DNA of 64,000 nucleotides from Octopus sinensis (Eukaryota). Made by a program: the position numbers and the translations under genes. The notes beneath the pieces are model-generated. The model did not search any database and was not told the DNA's origin. It saw only the letters and a list, made by a program, of their open reading frames with translations. Position 1 is the stretch's first letter. Each line of letters begins with the position of its first letter. The stretch spans positions 29,264,001 through 29,328,000 of the forward strand of contig NC_043018.1 in the NCBI RefSeq assembly GCF_006345805.1, written 5' to 3'. Positions 1-12,305 of the stretch are shown one piece after another.

Positions 1-455
1 AAGAAAAAAGTCAATAAATACTTGCCATTACATTGTCAATCAACCAAATATGAACCATTTTGTTGCACAATGCTTCTCCATCTTTACTTAAACTTGAAAA
101 TACCATCTTCCCAGAATTGAGGTGGTTTCATGACAAAGAATGCATCGAGGCATCTTTTTATGTCATCCAAGGAATTGAAATTTTTACCATTAAGACTATT
201 TTGCAGAGACCTGAATAAGTGAAAATCCGAAAGAGCAATATCTAGTGGATATAGAGGGTGGGGTAACATATCCCAGCCGAGCTGCAGCAATTTTTGTCTG
301 GTTCCCAAAGCATCAAGTGCCGAAAATGAACTTTCTCATCTTCCGTTTTAAAGGGTTACAGAATTAACACAGGTTATAGGAATATAAACCTTCTTCCACG
401 AAAAGATAGAAGGTAAGCTACTATAAATCGGTATGAACTTTCCGGACAACCCAAT
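1..455 (-). mobile_element. Internally deleted mariner element (transposase N-terminus fused to C-terminus); 3' TIR probably outside the window
   Basis: ORF 84..308 gives GWDMLPHPLYPLDIALSDFHLFRSLQNSL, a decayed PYSPDLAPSDFHLF motif. 305-346 on minus reads EDEKVHFRHLMLWE, a mariner N-terminus. A TIR-like end (minus TATTGGGTTGTCCGGAAAGTTCATACCGATT) at about 425-455 runs into (TA)n. Confidence 0.85.
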
Positions 456-1098
456 ATATATGCAAATATATATATATATATATTATATATATATATTAAT
501 ATATATATATATAACTATAAAATATCGATGATTAAGTAAATTGTAAAAAAATAATAAAAACGTATATAATTGGTAGGTGTTTTTTCTAATTTTTATATAT
601 ATATGTATTATATTCTGTGAAATTTGATTTAGTATTTCTAAATTGAACCCTGTAAGTTAGGATTAATTTTCCCTCAAATAATAATTATATATATATATAT
701 GTGTGTGCGTATGTATATATATATATATATATATATATACGCGCGCACGCACACACACACATTCACAGAGTCCCATATAAACATATAAATATATTGGTTG
801 GTCTATTGTTATGACAGTGGACACTTGACTGAGTTGGCGTGCACTGAGATTGATGTAGAGACCCTAAGGTTGTAAAACCTTTTTTTCCCTTTTTATTAAC
901 TACAGTCAGAAACATGCCGTATGTTTGTCCAAATATATATTTAGAAAAACATCCCTGAGGATTTACACTCACCAACATCGTTGCCACCATTGTAATCATC
1001 AGACACCATACTGTTTCCACTTTACGTCTTTCACTACCAAACCATCTTTCCAATAACAATTAACATCAAAACTACCAAGAGCGTCAAGCAACATCATG

Positions 1099-1450
1099 TC
1101 TACCACCGCCGCCACCGCCACCACCGCCGCCGCCACCACCACCACCACCACCACCTCAATCATCATCATCATTAGAATGATCCTCATTGACAGCATCGTG
1201 GTCGTCGTCATCTTTTACTTTTGCTATCTTAACGTGAAGATTTTCGCGAATAAGCTTCTAAAGTTTTAAGTCTTCTAATATCATGAAGAAACTTGATAAA
1301 TGTATTCAAATACCATCGCTACTTTCATCACCAGCGACACCATCACCATCATCATCACTACTTTCATAAACACCAACACCCTTATCATCTCAGCCATCTC
1401 TACCATCGACACCACCATCACCACCACCACCACCACCACCACCAGCATCA
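1099..1450. repeat. (ACC/ATC/GCC)n trinucleotide low-complexity tracts
   Basis: Directly visible; they explain the poly-H, poly-T and poly-V ORFs. Confidence 0.9.
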
Positions 1451-2188
1451 CCGTAGCCAAGATATTAGAAATATCAATATGAACAGCATGCTCTTTAAGA
1501 ATATTTCATTATGCCAGACAGTTGGCATTATTCTTTCCAATATTTCGCCCAAAAATCTACAAACATAAGTGACAATGCTGCTCTTCTGGTTTTGCAATAC
1601 GAGACATTTTCATTTTTATCTTAATCTTCTTCTAGCCTCGAGACACGAACAAACACTAAGTTTTACATCAAGATGGAGTTTCAACAATTTTTCGTAAGTC
1701 TGGCGAATTTTTAAAGTCTGAATTGAATTGATTTCTCCTCCAGGAAATTGAATAATGTTGGAGAAAAGTAAGTCTTTTTATTGTTGTTGTTGTTGTTGCT
1801 GCTGCTGCTGTTGTTGTGGTTCTTGTTATTTATTGTTGCTTCTGTTGTTGACGTTATTAACTGAAAGGAAATTGAACAACGAAAGACAGTTTTACTTCAG
1901 TCTTTTAATATTTTATCTATGAAATCATAATTATCAATCTTATATAATAGCGGGTTGTATACGCCATTGTTTTTCAGATTAAGGGATAAAATCTCAGAAG
2001 TATTGAACTCTTCAAAATGGAGAAGCCATTAAGGAAAAAAGAAATCCTTTTGACTTGATACAATTTACCACCTACCTATCTCTAGAGGCCGAGAAAATTT
2101 CTTTTGTATGCTATTAAATATGCTCCTTATCGATTCTGTTGTTTAAACACATACACACACATATATATAAATATACATACACACACAT

Positions 2189-2219
<31 letters not shown>

Positions 2220-2239
2220 CATACATACATACATACATA

Positions 2240-2365
2240 TATACATACAAAAATACCCTCTTGTTGATGTTAAAATTCCAATGAAAGAGCCTTGGATGTA
2301 TGTTAGAAACTGACTCTTTCGCTAATAGCATGATATCTTGAAATAAAACTGAATAATGACATACA
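2240..2365 (+). mobile_element. 3' end of an unassigned retroposon family with a (TACA)n tail
   Basis: Homologous, as reverse complement, to 51600-51725 and 61078-61325. Ends in AATAAA...GACATACATA followed by (TACA)n. Confidence 0.6.
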
Positions 2366-2989
2366 TATATACCTACATACATAATACATACATACATATA
2401 TACATAATGCATACATACATACATACATACATACATACATAAATACATACATACATACATACATACATACATACATCATACATACATACATACTTACATC
2501 ATACATACATACATGCATACGTACGTACATAGATACATGTATGCATCTATTTATATGTACAGACATAAATAGAAACAGGTATTTCATATTTGGCCTGAAC
2601 CTAATTCATTGAACCTCATCTGATATATGTCTATTAAAGAATTGCTAAAAATATTCGTAGCACACGCTCCGGATGCAGCTATAACAGCGCTTATTGATGT
2701 ACATATATTTGATGCACTTCGCAGTGGCAGATTTCATACAAATGTAATAGATTAGAATTATTTTGAAGTTTCACCGAATTCCAAGAACTTATCGCTTTTG
2801 TATGGTGAACGTATACAATAATTTGAATCTATTCAAATCACACTTTTTATAAATCGGTTGACACAGTCACTGATTGCTTCTAATGAGTCAGTCACTTCTC
2901 AGAGACGTGACGTGTCCTAGTAGGATAAATGTACTATATTTTTACTTCTTATGTTTTAAAATTAACGTCATGAACTTTTTCCGAAAGTA

Positions 2990-3136
2990 TAGGCGCAGTG
3001 TTAGCTGTTTGGTAAGAAGATAGCTGGGTAAACGACAAAACTGGCATCCTCGGCTCTTATCTACTGCTACAGCCCACGGGCCGACTATAGCATTTTGAGT
3101 GGATCAAGTGGACGGAAACTGAAAGAAGCTCGTCAT
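2990..3136 (+). mobile_element. SINE family C, decayed 5' part
   Basis: GGCGCAG..GCTGTTTGGTAAGAAG head and GGACGGAAACTGAAAGAAGCTCGTC, shared with the copies at 23176 and 60012-60397. Confidence 0.65.
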
Positions 3137-3366
3137 ATATATATATATATATAAATTAAATTAGAGATAACACCACTATTAGGTAACTCAAACAGTGATA
3201 GACATAATCATAAGTTTGGATATACTCCCTAATGTTATTATTATTATTTTTATTATTATATATATATATGTGTGTGTGGTGTGTGTGTGTGTGTTTGTGT
3301 GTATATATATGTATATATATACATACATATATATATATATATTATATATATATATATATTATATAT

Positions 3367-3420
<54 letters not shown>

Positions 3421-3466
3421 GTGTGTGTGTGTGTTTGTGTGTATATATATGTATATATATACATAC

Positions 3467-3546
<80 letters not shown>

Positions 3547-3769
3547 GGTGTGTGTGTGCATATGTATATGTACACTTAGTTATAAATTGAATAGTGTTCA
3601 CTTCCGGATTCTCTCACTCTGTGAAAGTTTCTAGTTCGAATCAGACGTGTCTCGAGATGTGCCGAAGATTTTCTATTTTGGATATATTTGGGGTACTTAA
3701 GTCTGCTCAAGACTTAGTACTTGCTTTTTCCATGGGTATGAGTAAGTATTTCACTTATATCTCACGTAT

Positions 3770-3831
3770 TTATCGCTGAAGAGGGGAAAATTCTTATATG
3801 ATTAACCCCGAAATTGGGACCAATTCGGTAA
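3770..3831 (+). ncRNA. Type I hammerhead ribozyme, copy 1
   Basis: TTATCG-CTGAAGA-GGGG-(19 nt)-CCCC-GAAA-TTGG-GA-CCAA-TT-CGGTAA. Stem I TTATCG/CGGTAA, canonical core, stem II G4/C4, short stem III, AUU cleavage triplet. Confidence 0.85.
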
Positions 3832-3986
3832 TGACAGATTTTTTAGAAATTTCTATCGGTTTGTTTCGAGACGCATAAATTATAATGTTTATTGACAATT
3901 TCTGTCTTTTTTTCGGCATATTTGGCATTAGAATTTTTCTTTTACCCTTATCTTGTAAATTATTTATATATATATATATAACCACG

Positions 3987-4027
<41 letters not shown>

Positions 4028-4249
4028 GTGTGTGTGTGCATATGTATATGTACACTTAGTTATAAATTGAATAGTGTTCACTTCCGGATTCTCTCACTCT
4101 GTGAAAGTTTCTAGTTCGAATCAGACGTGTCTCGAGATGTGCCGAAGATTTTCTATTTTGGATATATTTGGGGTACTTAAGTCTGCTCAAGACTTAGTAC
4201 TTGCTTTTTCCATGGGTATGAGTAAGTATTTCACTTATATCTCACGTAT

Positions 4250-4311
4250 TTATCGCTGAAGAGGGGAAAATTCTTATATGATTAACCCCGAAATTGGGAC
4301 CAATTCGGTAA
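4250..4311 (+). ncRNA. Type I hammerhead ribozyme, copy 2
   Basis: Identical to 3770-3831. Confidence 0.85.
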
Positions 4312-4466
4312 TGACAGATTTTTTAGAAATTTCTATCGGTTTGTTTCGAGACGCATAAATTATAATGTTTATTGACAATTTCTGTCTTTTTTTCGGCATA
4401 TTTGGCATTAGAATTTTTCTTTTACCCTTATCTTGTAAATTATTTATATATATATATATAACCACG

Positions 4467-4507
<41 letters not shown>

Positions 4508-4729
4508 GTGTGTGTGTGCATATGTATATGTACACTTAGTTATAAATTGAATAGTGTTCACTTCCGGATTCTCTCACTCTGTGAAAGTTTCTAGTTCGAA
4601 TCAGACGTGTCTCGAGATGTGCCGAAGATTTTCTATTTTGGATATATTTGGGGTACTTAAGTCTGCTCAAGACTTAGTACTTGCTTTTTCCATGGGTATG
4701 AGTAAGTATTTCACTTATATCTCACGTAT

Positions 4730-4791
4730 TTATCGCTGAAGAGGGGAAAATTCTTATATGATTAACCCCGAAATTGGGACCAATTCGGTAA
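4730..4791 (+). ncRNA. Type I hammerhead ribozyme, copy 3
   Basis: Identical to 3770-3831. Confidence 0.85.
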
Positions 4792-5330
4792 TGACAGATT
4801 TTTTAGAAATTTCTATCGGTTTGTTTCGAGACGCATAAATTATAATGTTTATTGACAATTTCTGTCTTTTTTTCGGCATATTTGGCATTAGAATTTTTCT
4901 TTTACCCTTATCTTGTAAATTATTTATATATATATATATAACCACGTATATATATATATATATATAGACACACACATGCACGCACGCACATGCACACACA
5001 TACGCGAGCACACACACATATATATAAGAGAATGCTGAAATGAATACCAGGTTTTTAAAAGAAGCTTGGGATCGAACCCTTAACCAAACTCCTTGTAGGC
5101 GTATGCTAGCATAATTGCAGTCCGATGCCCGACACAAGAAAAAATTAAAACATACGTTATTAACCACACCGCATATGTCGCGTTCGGTCGCTGAACAAGA
5201 CTCGTACATTTATCTTATTTTTATTGTTTTCTATTTATATGGCACAATCACTTAGCCGACAGAGATACGATTACTGTAGTTATTGTTGACAGACACTCAG
5301 ACATATAAACATATTCTTTGTTTTTGACCT

Positions 5331-5418
<88 letters not shown>

Positions 5419-5549
5419 CAGTATGTTGAAATATGAATGGAAGCCAAAATTTAAGAGGAAAACATTTGTAAGTCAAGTTTCAGTGTCTTAAGAGACCCTT
5501 AATCAAAATAACGTGCTCCTGCGTATGCTTGTATATGTTTTGAGCGCTC

Positions 5550-5595
<46 letters not shown>

Positions 5596-6169
5596 AGGCA
5601 CACATACATGGAGATTCATACAGTGACTCACACACAAGCGCGCGCGCAGAGTTAAATATTCTTATCTATACATGCAGAAATATACTCATCTATATAATTT
5701 TATATGCATGTTTGTGTATATGTATATAAGTATGTGTGCTTGTGTGTGTGTGTGTGCGAGTTAGCACGCGTGTGTATGTGAGTGTATGTGTGCGTATGTG
5801 TGAGTATATGTGCGTGTATGTGAGTGTATGTGTGCGCATGTGTGAGTATATGCGCGTGTATGTGTGTATGTGTGTGCGTCTGTGTATGTTCTTTGACTCC
5901 GTGTAGTCGTTTGAACAAGAATGTTTCTGATTACAATTTCATTTGAACGACCAATGCTGAACTTCTAGCAGCATACCAAACTTAACGCCCCTATAGATAC
6001 TGCAATATTGCAATACCAGGCCAATCCCGTGGCAAAGGCGGAGCAAACCCTTAACTCTTCGCCTCATTTTAAAAATCAGTTTAATATCGATCGCCCCAAA
6101 TATAGACGATATCAGCTATTAAGATGATAAGAACGGATACTACACTTTGATCTTAGCCAAAAAGGGGGC

Positions 6170-6395
6170 ATCCTTCTCGTGTCATACAGTCTTATATGAC
6201 CGGTTTTCCGGTTTCCGTGGCGGATATATATCTCATCTGGACAGGATAACTGACTTTTGTCAGCTGAGTGGACTGGGGCAAAGTGGAATGAAGTGTTTTA
6301 CTGAAGAATAGAACACAGTGTCCGTTCCGCGAATTAGAACCACAATCTTGCGATCATGAGTTTAATACACCAACCACTAAGCGTTGCCCCTCCAC
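6170..6395 (-). mobile_element. tRNA-derived SINE, decayed
   Basis: On minus: TGGAGGGGCAACGCTTAGTGGTTGG A-box-like head, then GGTTCTAATTC, then the CCAGTCCACTCAGCTG domain. Confidence 0.6.
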
Positions 6396-6484
6396 GAATC
6401 CTTATATACAATACTTAATATCCTCGCTACATTTAAGATAGAGTGTTCCTTCCTGAGTGCGTATGCATCACAAGTTATATATAT

Positions 6485-6546
<62 letters not shown>

Positions 6547-7620
6547 AGCACATTAAAAAATATAAGCAAACACACACGCGAATATACGTACGCACACGTG
6601 CGCAAGCACTTATATATAGACCTATATATACACAAACATACATATATACACATATGTGTATTTACGCATATATGAGAGGGAATGTGAAATTATTCATCGT
6701 TTAAGATGGAAGCCATAAGAACATTCTTCAATTGCCTCAATTTACATTTTTCAAGTTCTTTTTATATTTCTTCATCCCACTTATAATGAGAATATTCAAA
6801 TAAATACTTTAGCTTCACGATTTCGAAGTATCTCTTTTATTTTAATATATTCCCTCGTTTTACTGTTTGACCTATTTTTCCCCCGATTTTCTAAGTAGAA
6901 TTTTCAATATGTAGGATAAAATAAACTACCACTAATGATTTAGCGACTTTTCAAGTAGTTACTTTCAGTTTTGAATTGATTTGTAAAAGCTACTTGTTTG
7001 GTTTAAGTATGTTTGTGAAAAACTAAAAGGACTCTGAACGGTTTTAAGCGAATTGCCTGTATAAACCACTGCAGAACTGCAGTATAAACCCCGTGTTCTG
7101 TTTTTAATGACGATCAATAATGTTGAAATCGCCATAATAACCTATTGATTTATAAGGGTTGTTTTTATTCGTAGTGTTTTCATTATTGATGTTATTTCAT
7201 TTTTTTAAGGTGTTAGTATTGTTGCCATTGGTTGTGACGATATTAATGGTGGTGATGATGGTGTTTGAAAGGGGAGATTTAGAAAATATCATCTCTAAAT
7301 AATTATGTAGCAATTTTGGACACAATAATAATTTCCTGCTTCCAACAATGGAGTGCTAAAGGACGAACAAAACTAATTCATTTTTCACTAAGATGCACCA
7401 CGATGCGATTAAAGACGAGAATCGCTGCGAAGATTCTTAGACACAGCAACAGAGAGGAGAATTTGTCAAAATTATGAAATGAAAAACGTAAACTATATAA
7501 ACGTGCGCGTGAAAACACGAGAAAAATAAGAAAAATGCCAATAAATCCACTGTATTGGATGAATCCAATCAGTAAACACAACAGGAAGTATTAAATGACT
7601 AGTTTCTAGTAATAGAAATA

Positions 7621-7872
7621 TGTGAGACTCGCGGCTTAGTGGTTAGCGTGTCAGCATCATGATCGTAAGATTGTGCTTTCGATTCCTGGACCGGGTGACG
7701 CGTTGTGTTCTTGAACAAATCACTTCATTTCACGTTACTCCAGTCCACTCTGCTGGCAAAAATGAGTAACGCCACGATGAACAGGCGTCTCGTCCAGCTG
7801 GGGAACACATACGCCATTGAAACCGGGAAACATGGCCCATGAGCGTGGCTAGGCTTTGAAAAGGGCGCATTT
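7621..7872 (+). mobile_element. tRNA-derived SINE (related to family A)
   Basis: GGCTTAGTGGTTAG A box, TTCGATTCC B box, tail GAAACCGGGAAAC...GGCTTTGAAAAGGGCGCA. Confidence 0.8.
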
Positions 7873-7877
7873 ATTTG

Positions 7878-8178
7878 TGGAGGCCCAGTGGCTCAGTGGT
7901 TAGGGCAGCGGACTCGCGGTTGGAGGATCGTGGTTTCGATTCCCAGACCGGGCGTGGTGTGTGGTTACTGAACGTAAACACCTAAAGCTACATGAGGCTC
8001 CAGCAGGTAGCGACCCCTGTTGTACTCTTTCGCCTCAACTTTCTCTCACTTTTTCTTCCTGTTTCTTGAGTAACGCTGCAATGGACTGACGTTCCGTCCA
8101 GCTAGGGGGAACGCATACGCCATAGAAACTGAGAAACCTGGCCCCTGAGCCTGGTTAGGTTTGAAAAGGGCGCACAAA
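7878..8178 (+). mobile_element. tRNA-derived SINE, family A variant
   Basis: TGGCTCAGTGGTTAGGGCAGCGGACTCGCGG...GGTTTCGATTCC; same tail as the adjacent SINE. Confidence 0.85.
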
Positions 8179-8870
8179 TAATAAAAATAAAATAGAAATA
8201 TGATCTCATCAAGGAACATCTTATCGCACCACACGTCTTATCATCAGGCTCGAGTTGCACATTTCGTTACCATGACAAGCAATTTATAAGATGATCAGCT
8301 CAGCTTGCTGAGGACTTTGATATTGCTATGGTGAACTTAGGGCTGGTACTTGATGGTCTCACTTGATTAGTCTTCTACGGCCGTTGCCGCATCCAGACAT
8401 GATAATCAGGGGCAATGTGATAGAAAAACTTAAAATACTTACAAGATAACAGTAAACAACGACGAAGAATTTTTTTAAGAGTAACAAATTTCGAAAAATA
8501 TAATCAATTTTTGGAAATTTATATAAATTTTAAAAATATTTAAAAACATTTTGTTCCATTGATATTCAAATTCAAATATGTTTTTTAAATCATTTTCATA
8601 AAAATAAGAAATATGTTTTCAAATAATAAATTTGGTAATGATAAATTTTTAATACCTGATTCGATAAATCTATCAAATTTTAATGTATTTTTATATCCTT
8701 TTGAATAACTTTTAGTTACTTGTAATTTTGAATAATTAATTACTTCAAAATAAATATGTTATAGTTTATATTTCACATATTTTAGTCATTAAACTGAGAC
8801 CATGTTGGAGCTCTGGTTTGAAGAATTTAGTCGATTAGATCGACACCAGTCTGGTATATCCTATATACTT

Positions 8871-9106
8871 AAGGCGGCGAGCTGGCAGAAACGTTAGCGC
8901 ACCGGGCGAAATGCTAAGCGGAATTTCCTCTGCTGCTACGTTCTGAATTCAAATTCCGCCGAGGTCGACTTTGCCTTTCATCCTTTCGGGGTCGATTAAA
9001 TAAGTACCAGTTACGCACTGGGGTCGATATAATCGACTTAATCCGTGTGTCTATCCTTGTTCGTCCCCTCTGTGTTTAGCCCCTTGTGGGTAGTAAAGAA
9101 ATAGGT
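8871..9106 (+). mobile_element. SINE family B monomer, nested in a minus-strand family C tail (about 8780-9200)
   Basis: AAGGCGGCGAGCTGGCAGAA head, GAATTCAAATTCC, and the conserved GCCTTTCATCCTTTCGGGGTCGAT..AAGTACCAG domain. Confidence 0.9.
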
Positions 9107-9690
9107 ATATGTTCTATCGGTCACCTTTGCCGAAGTGTTTCTTTACGGGAACGTAAACAAACCACCAACACTGGTTGGGTATCGCTGTGGTGGTGATGAA
9201 CAGAAAGGAAACGTGCGCATGCACACACACACACAGACGCACACATGCACACACATAAGATAAAAATATTTAAATTGTGTTAGAGTATGGTGCAGATAAT
9301 TTAATTCGACCAGCACCTGTTTTTCAGGCATCGTTCAACCATTGTTGCTCTATAGAATACACAAAGTGCTGTACAACGATAACCATAGCCAGGCTTCAAA
9401 CGGTGATCTATTTCACTCTGATAGTGAACTTGGCCCTGCAACCCATCACCGAGTCATTCGTCAAATTGTCGCAATTACCGTTTCTTCATGAAACGAGATA
9501 GAAACCTTCATGTCGTCCTACATTAAACAAGGAGAAGTGTGATATCAGAGGTATTTCGTTACTGAAACAAGCAAAGATGGTGTCAAATAACAGTTCTCGT
9601 TAGTTTCCTGGATATAAGATACACACAGCCACAACGCACAATGAAATACGTTCTGTAAAACTACACATAGCGTCTCAATGCATGTAACAG

Positions 9691-9973
9691 TGGAGGAACA
9701 TGGCCTAGTGGTTAGAGCAGCGGACATGCTGTCGAGAGATCGCCAGTTCGAATCTCAGACCGGGCGATGTGTGTGCTTATGAGCGAAAACACCTAAACTC
9801 CACACGGCTCCGGCAGAAGGTAATGGCGAACTTCTACTGACTCTTTCGCCACAACCTTCTCTCACTCTTTCCTCCTGCATCTTGCAGCTCACCTGCGACG
9901 GACCGGCGTCCCGTCCAGGTGGGGAACCTATACACTAAAGAAACCAGGAAACTGGCCCTTATGAGCCAGGCAT
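9691..9973 (+). mobile_element. tRNA-derived SINE family A
   Basis: TGGCCTAGTGGTTAGAGCAGCGGAC...GTTCGAATCTC; closely matches the copies at 29637 and 52826. Confidence 0.9.
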
Positions 9974-10258
9974 ACAATAGAAACACAATAGAAACAAACA
10001 CAATAGAATTATACATTGTAACATATGTCATTTAAGTTCAGAATTAGATATTAATGTTTAATTTACACTTAGCAGAGAATAATGTCAGCTGTGTTATGAG
10101 AAACATATAAAGTTGGAGGCATCTTTTTCTTTAATTTACAATTCGGTTCATACACTATTTCAATCTCACTGTTTCTCTCCCACATTACTCTATGTCTCTC
10201 TTACTCAGCCTCACTAAGAATCAAAGGCATTTGTGTCTGTAAGTAAGAGCGTTTACGT

Positions 10259-10316
<58 letters not shown>

Positions 10317-10412
10317 TATGTATATATAGTATATATATATAGTATTATAGTAAGTAGAATATATACATATACAAACACATATATACATATACAAACACAT
10401 ATATACATATAC

Positions 10413-10456
<44 letters not shown>

Positions 10457-10508
10457 TATATATGTATATATAGAATATAGTAAATAGTATATATACATAT
10501 AAAAACAC

Positions 10509-10550
<42 letters not shown>

Positions 10551-10605
10551 TATATATTATATAGTATATATATATATATTATGTAGTATATATATATATT
10601 ATACA

Positions 10606-10693
<88 letters not shown>

Positions 10694-11203
10694 ATATATA
10701 TACATATGAATATTATATACATATATGCAAATATACAAATATGTACGTATATACATTTATATATTTACGTGTGTGCGTGTGTGCGTGTGTGTAAATAATT
10801 AAATGTAATGGAGATTTTTCAGACATCAATTTCCTAAAGTATATTACTTATTTCACTGGAGTGAGTTTTGTTCTCGACACGCCGCGTGATCATCTTTCTT
10901 GTCAACAGGTATTACAAAGCGTATAAACGTAAAGTACATATGTCTATATATCAATCATAAACACACACACACACACCAATACACACACAAACGCACACAC
11001 ACTAACAAGGACATACATATATATATACATACACATATTTGTATATACAGAAACATAGATATAGCAATGTATACATATATTCTTTATTATATTTGTATAC
11101 TTGCGTACAAAAAATTGTATATATGTTTATGTGTGTATAGATGTAAATGTGTACCTGTGTGCTTGTGTATGTATGTGCATGCGTTTGTGTATGAGTGCAC
11201 GTA

Positions 11204-11235
<32 letters not shown>

Positions 11236-11358
11236 TAACTGACTGCTTTCTCCTTTATTCTTCATTTATATTGTCTTCATAATTTCGACATAATTACTTG
11301 ATTTCCGTAGCCAGGAAATCTTCATATTTCCTGAGGAAGAGAAATCTGTGTGTGTATT

Positions 11359-11418
<60 letters not shown>

Positions 11419-11571
11419 AGAGAGTTGAAGGAGAGATAGAGAAAATGAGAAAGTGGTTGCAGAAAGTGATTGAAAGAATATGAGAGGTTTGAAGATAATG
11501 TTTAAGAATATGAGTGAGTGTACTTTTGGTCGGAATATATATATATATAACAAAGTGGTGTTGTAAGGAAT

Positions 11572-11653
11572 TATATACGAAGAAGGTTTGAAAATACAAT
11601 TTTAAAAGATGTTTATAAACATCTTTTAAAATTGCATTTTCAAACCTTCTTTC

Positions 11654-11660
<7 letters not shown>
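11572..11660. repeat. Near-perfect loopless palindrome, about 89 bp
   Basis: TATATACGAAGAAGGTTTGAAAATACAATTTTAAAAGATGTTTA|TAAACATCTTTTAAAATTGCATTTTCAAACCTTCTTTCGTATATA. Confidence 0.92.
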
Positions 11661-11726
<66 letters not shown>

Positions 11727-11883
11727 ATACTTGCCATCTCTGTATGGTTAACCACTAAGGGTGGGTGTTACTGTAGCTTGTAGCCGCGGGAAAACATCGT
11801 CTCCAGCTGGCTTTAGGCACACTTTCTGTGCCCTTATGGTTTTGCAAAGGGAGGTCACCTTTCCCTCGTCAACCTAAGTGATA

Positions 11884-11928
11884 CGCACGGACTGCAGTTT
11901 CTAGGTTTTGACCTTTCATCAGCGTACG
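11884..11928 (-). ncRNA. Minimal type I hammerhead ribozyme
   Basis: On minus: CGTACG-CTGATGA-A-AGGT-CAAA-ACCT-A-GAAA-CTGCAG-TC-CGTGCG. 6-bp stem I, palindromic stem III, GUC site. The stem II closing pair is an A.A mismatch. Confidence 0.85.
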
Positions 11929-12062
11929 ACAATCACCGGTTTTCGATGAATTTATCTTTATTATGATCAAGTGGGTACCTTACAGGACAAAACAATTACA
12001 AAAATGCTATGCGAGTTCGAATGAAATTATAAAAATTACAAAAATTAAATTTTATGTAACTT

Positions 12063-12150
12063 GAACGAAAACTTGGCTTACTTTGCCTTCAAACGAAACC
12101 TTGGCTTACTTTGCCTTCAAACGAAACCTTGGCTTACTTTTGCCTTTATC
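12063..12150. repeat. About 30-bp tandem repeat x3 in the LINE 3' UTR
   Basis: AACGAAA(C)CTTGGCTTACTTTGCCTT repeated three times. Confidence 0.85.
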
Positions 12151-12305
12151 ACGAGAACTTTTAGCGCGTATGTTTTCTTTTTTTTTATTATTAATTCTTT
12201 ATTTTAAACAGTTATGTACAGTGAAAGGTAATGGGAGGTACCAGTCTCAATTTTGAACCCGGCAGCCTATAAATCCCAGCAGCTGATTTTTCCTTTCCTC
12301 GATGA

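Larger units (their letters stand above)
3548..4966 (+). repeat. Tandem array, 480-bp period, about 2.96 copies identical by eye, each carrying a hammerhead ribozyme
   Basis: Sequence lines repeat at an offset of 480 (e.g. 3601/4081/4561). The ORF track shows identical 61-aa ORFs at 3594, 4074 and 4554. Confidence 0.97.

Noticed and set aside
940-1010. Minus-strand CTGATGA followed by a TTACA/TGTAA stem
   Set aside because: No GAAA, stem III or stem I partner.
12063-12150. 30-bp repeats as a CRISPR-like array
   Set aside because: Contiguous repeats with no spacers, inside a eukaryotic LINE 3' UTR.
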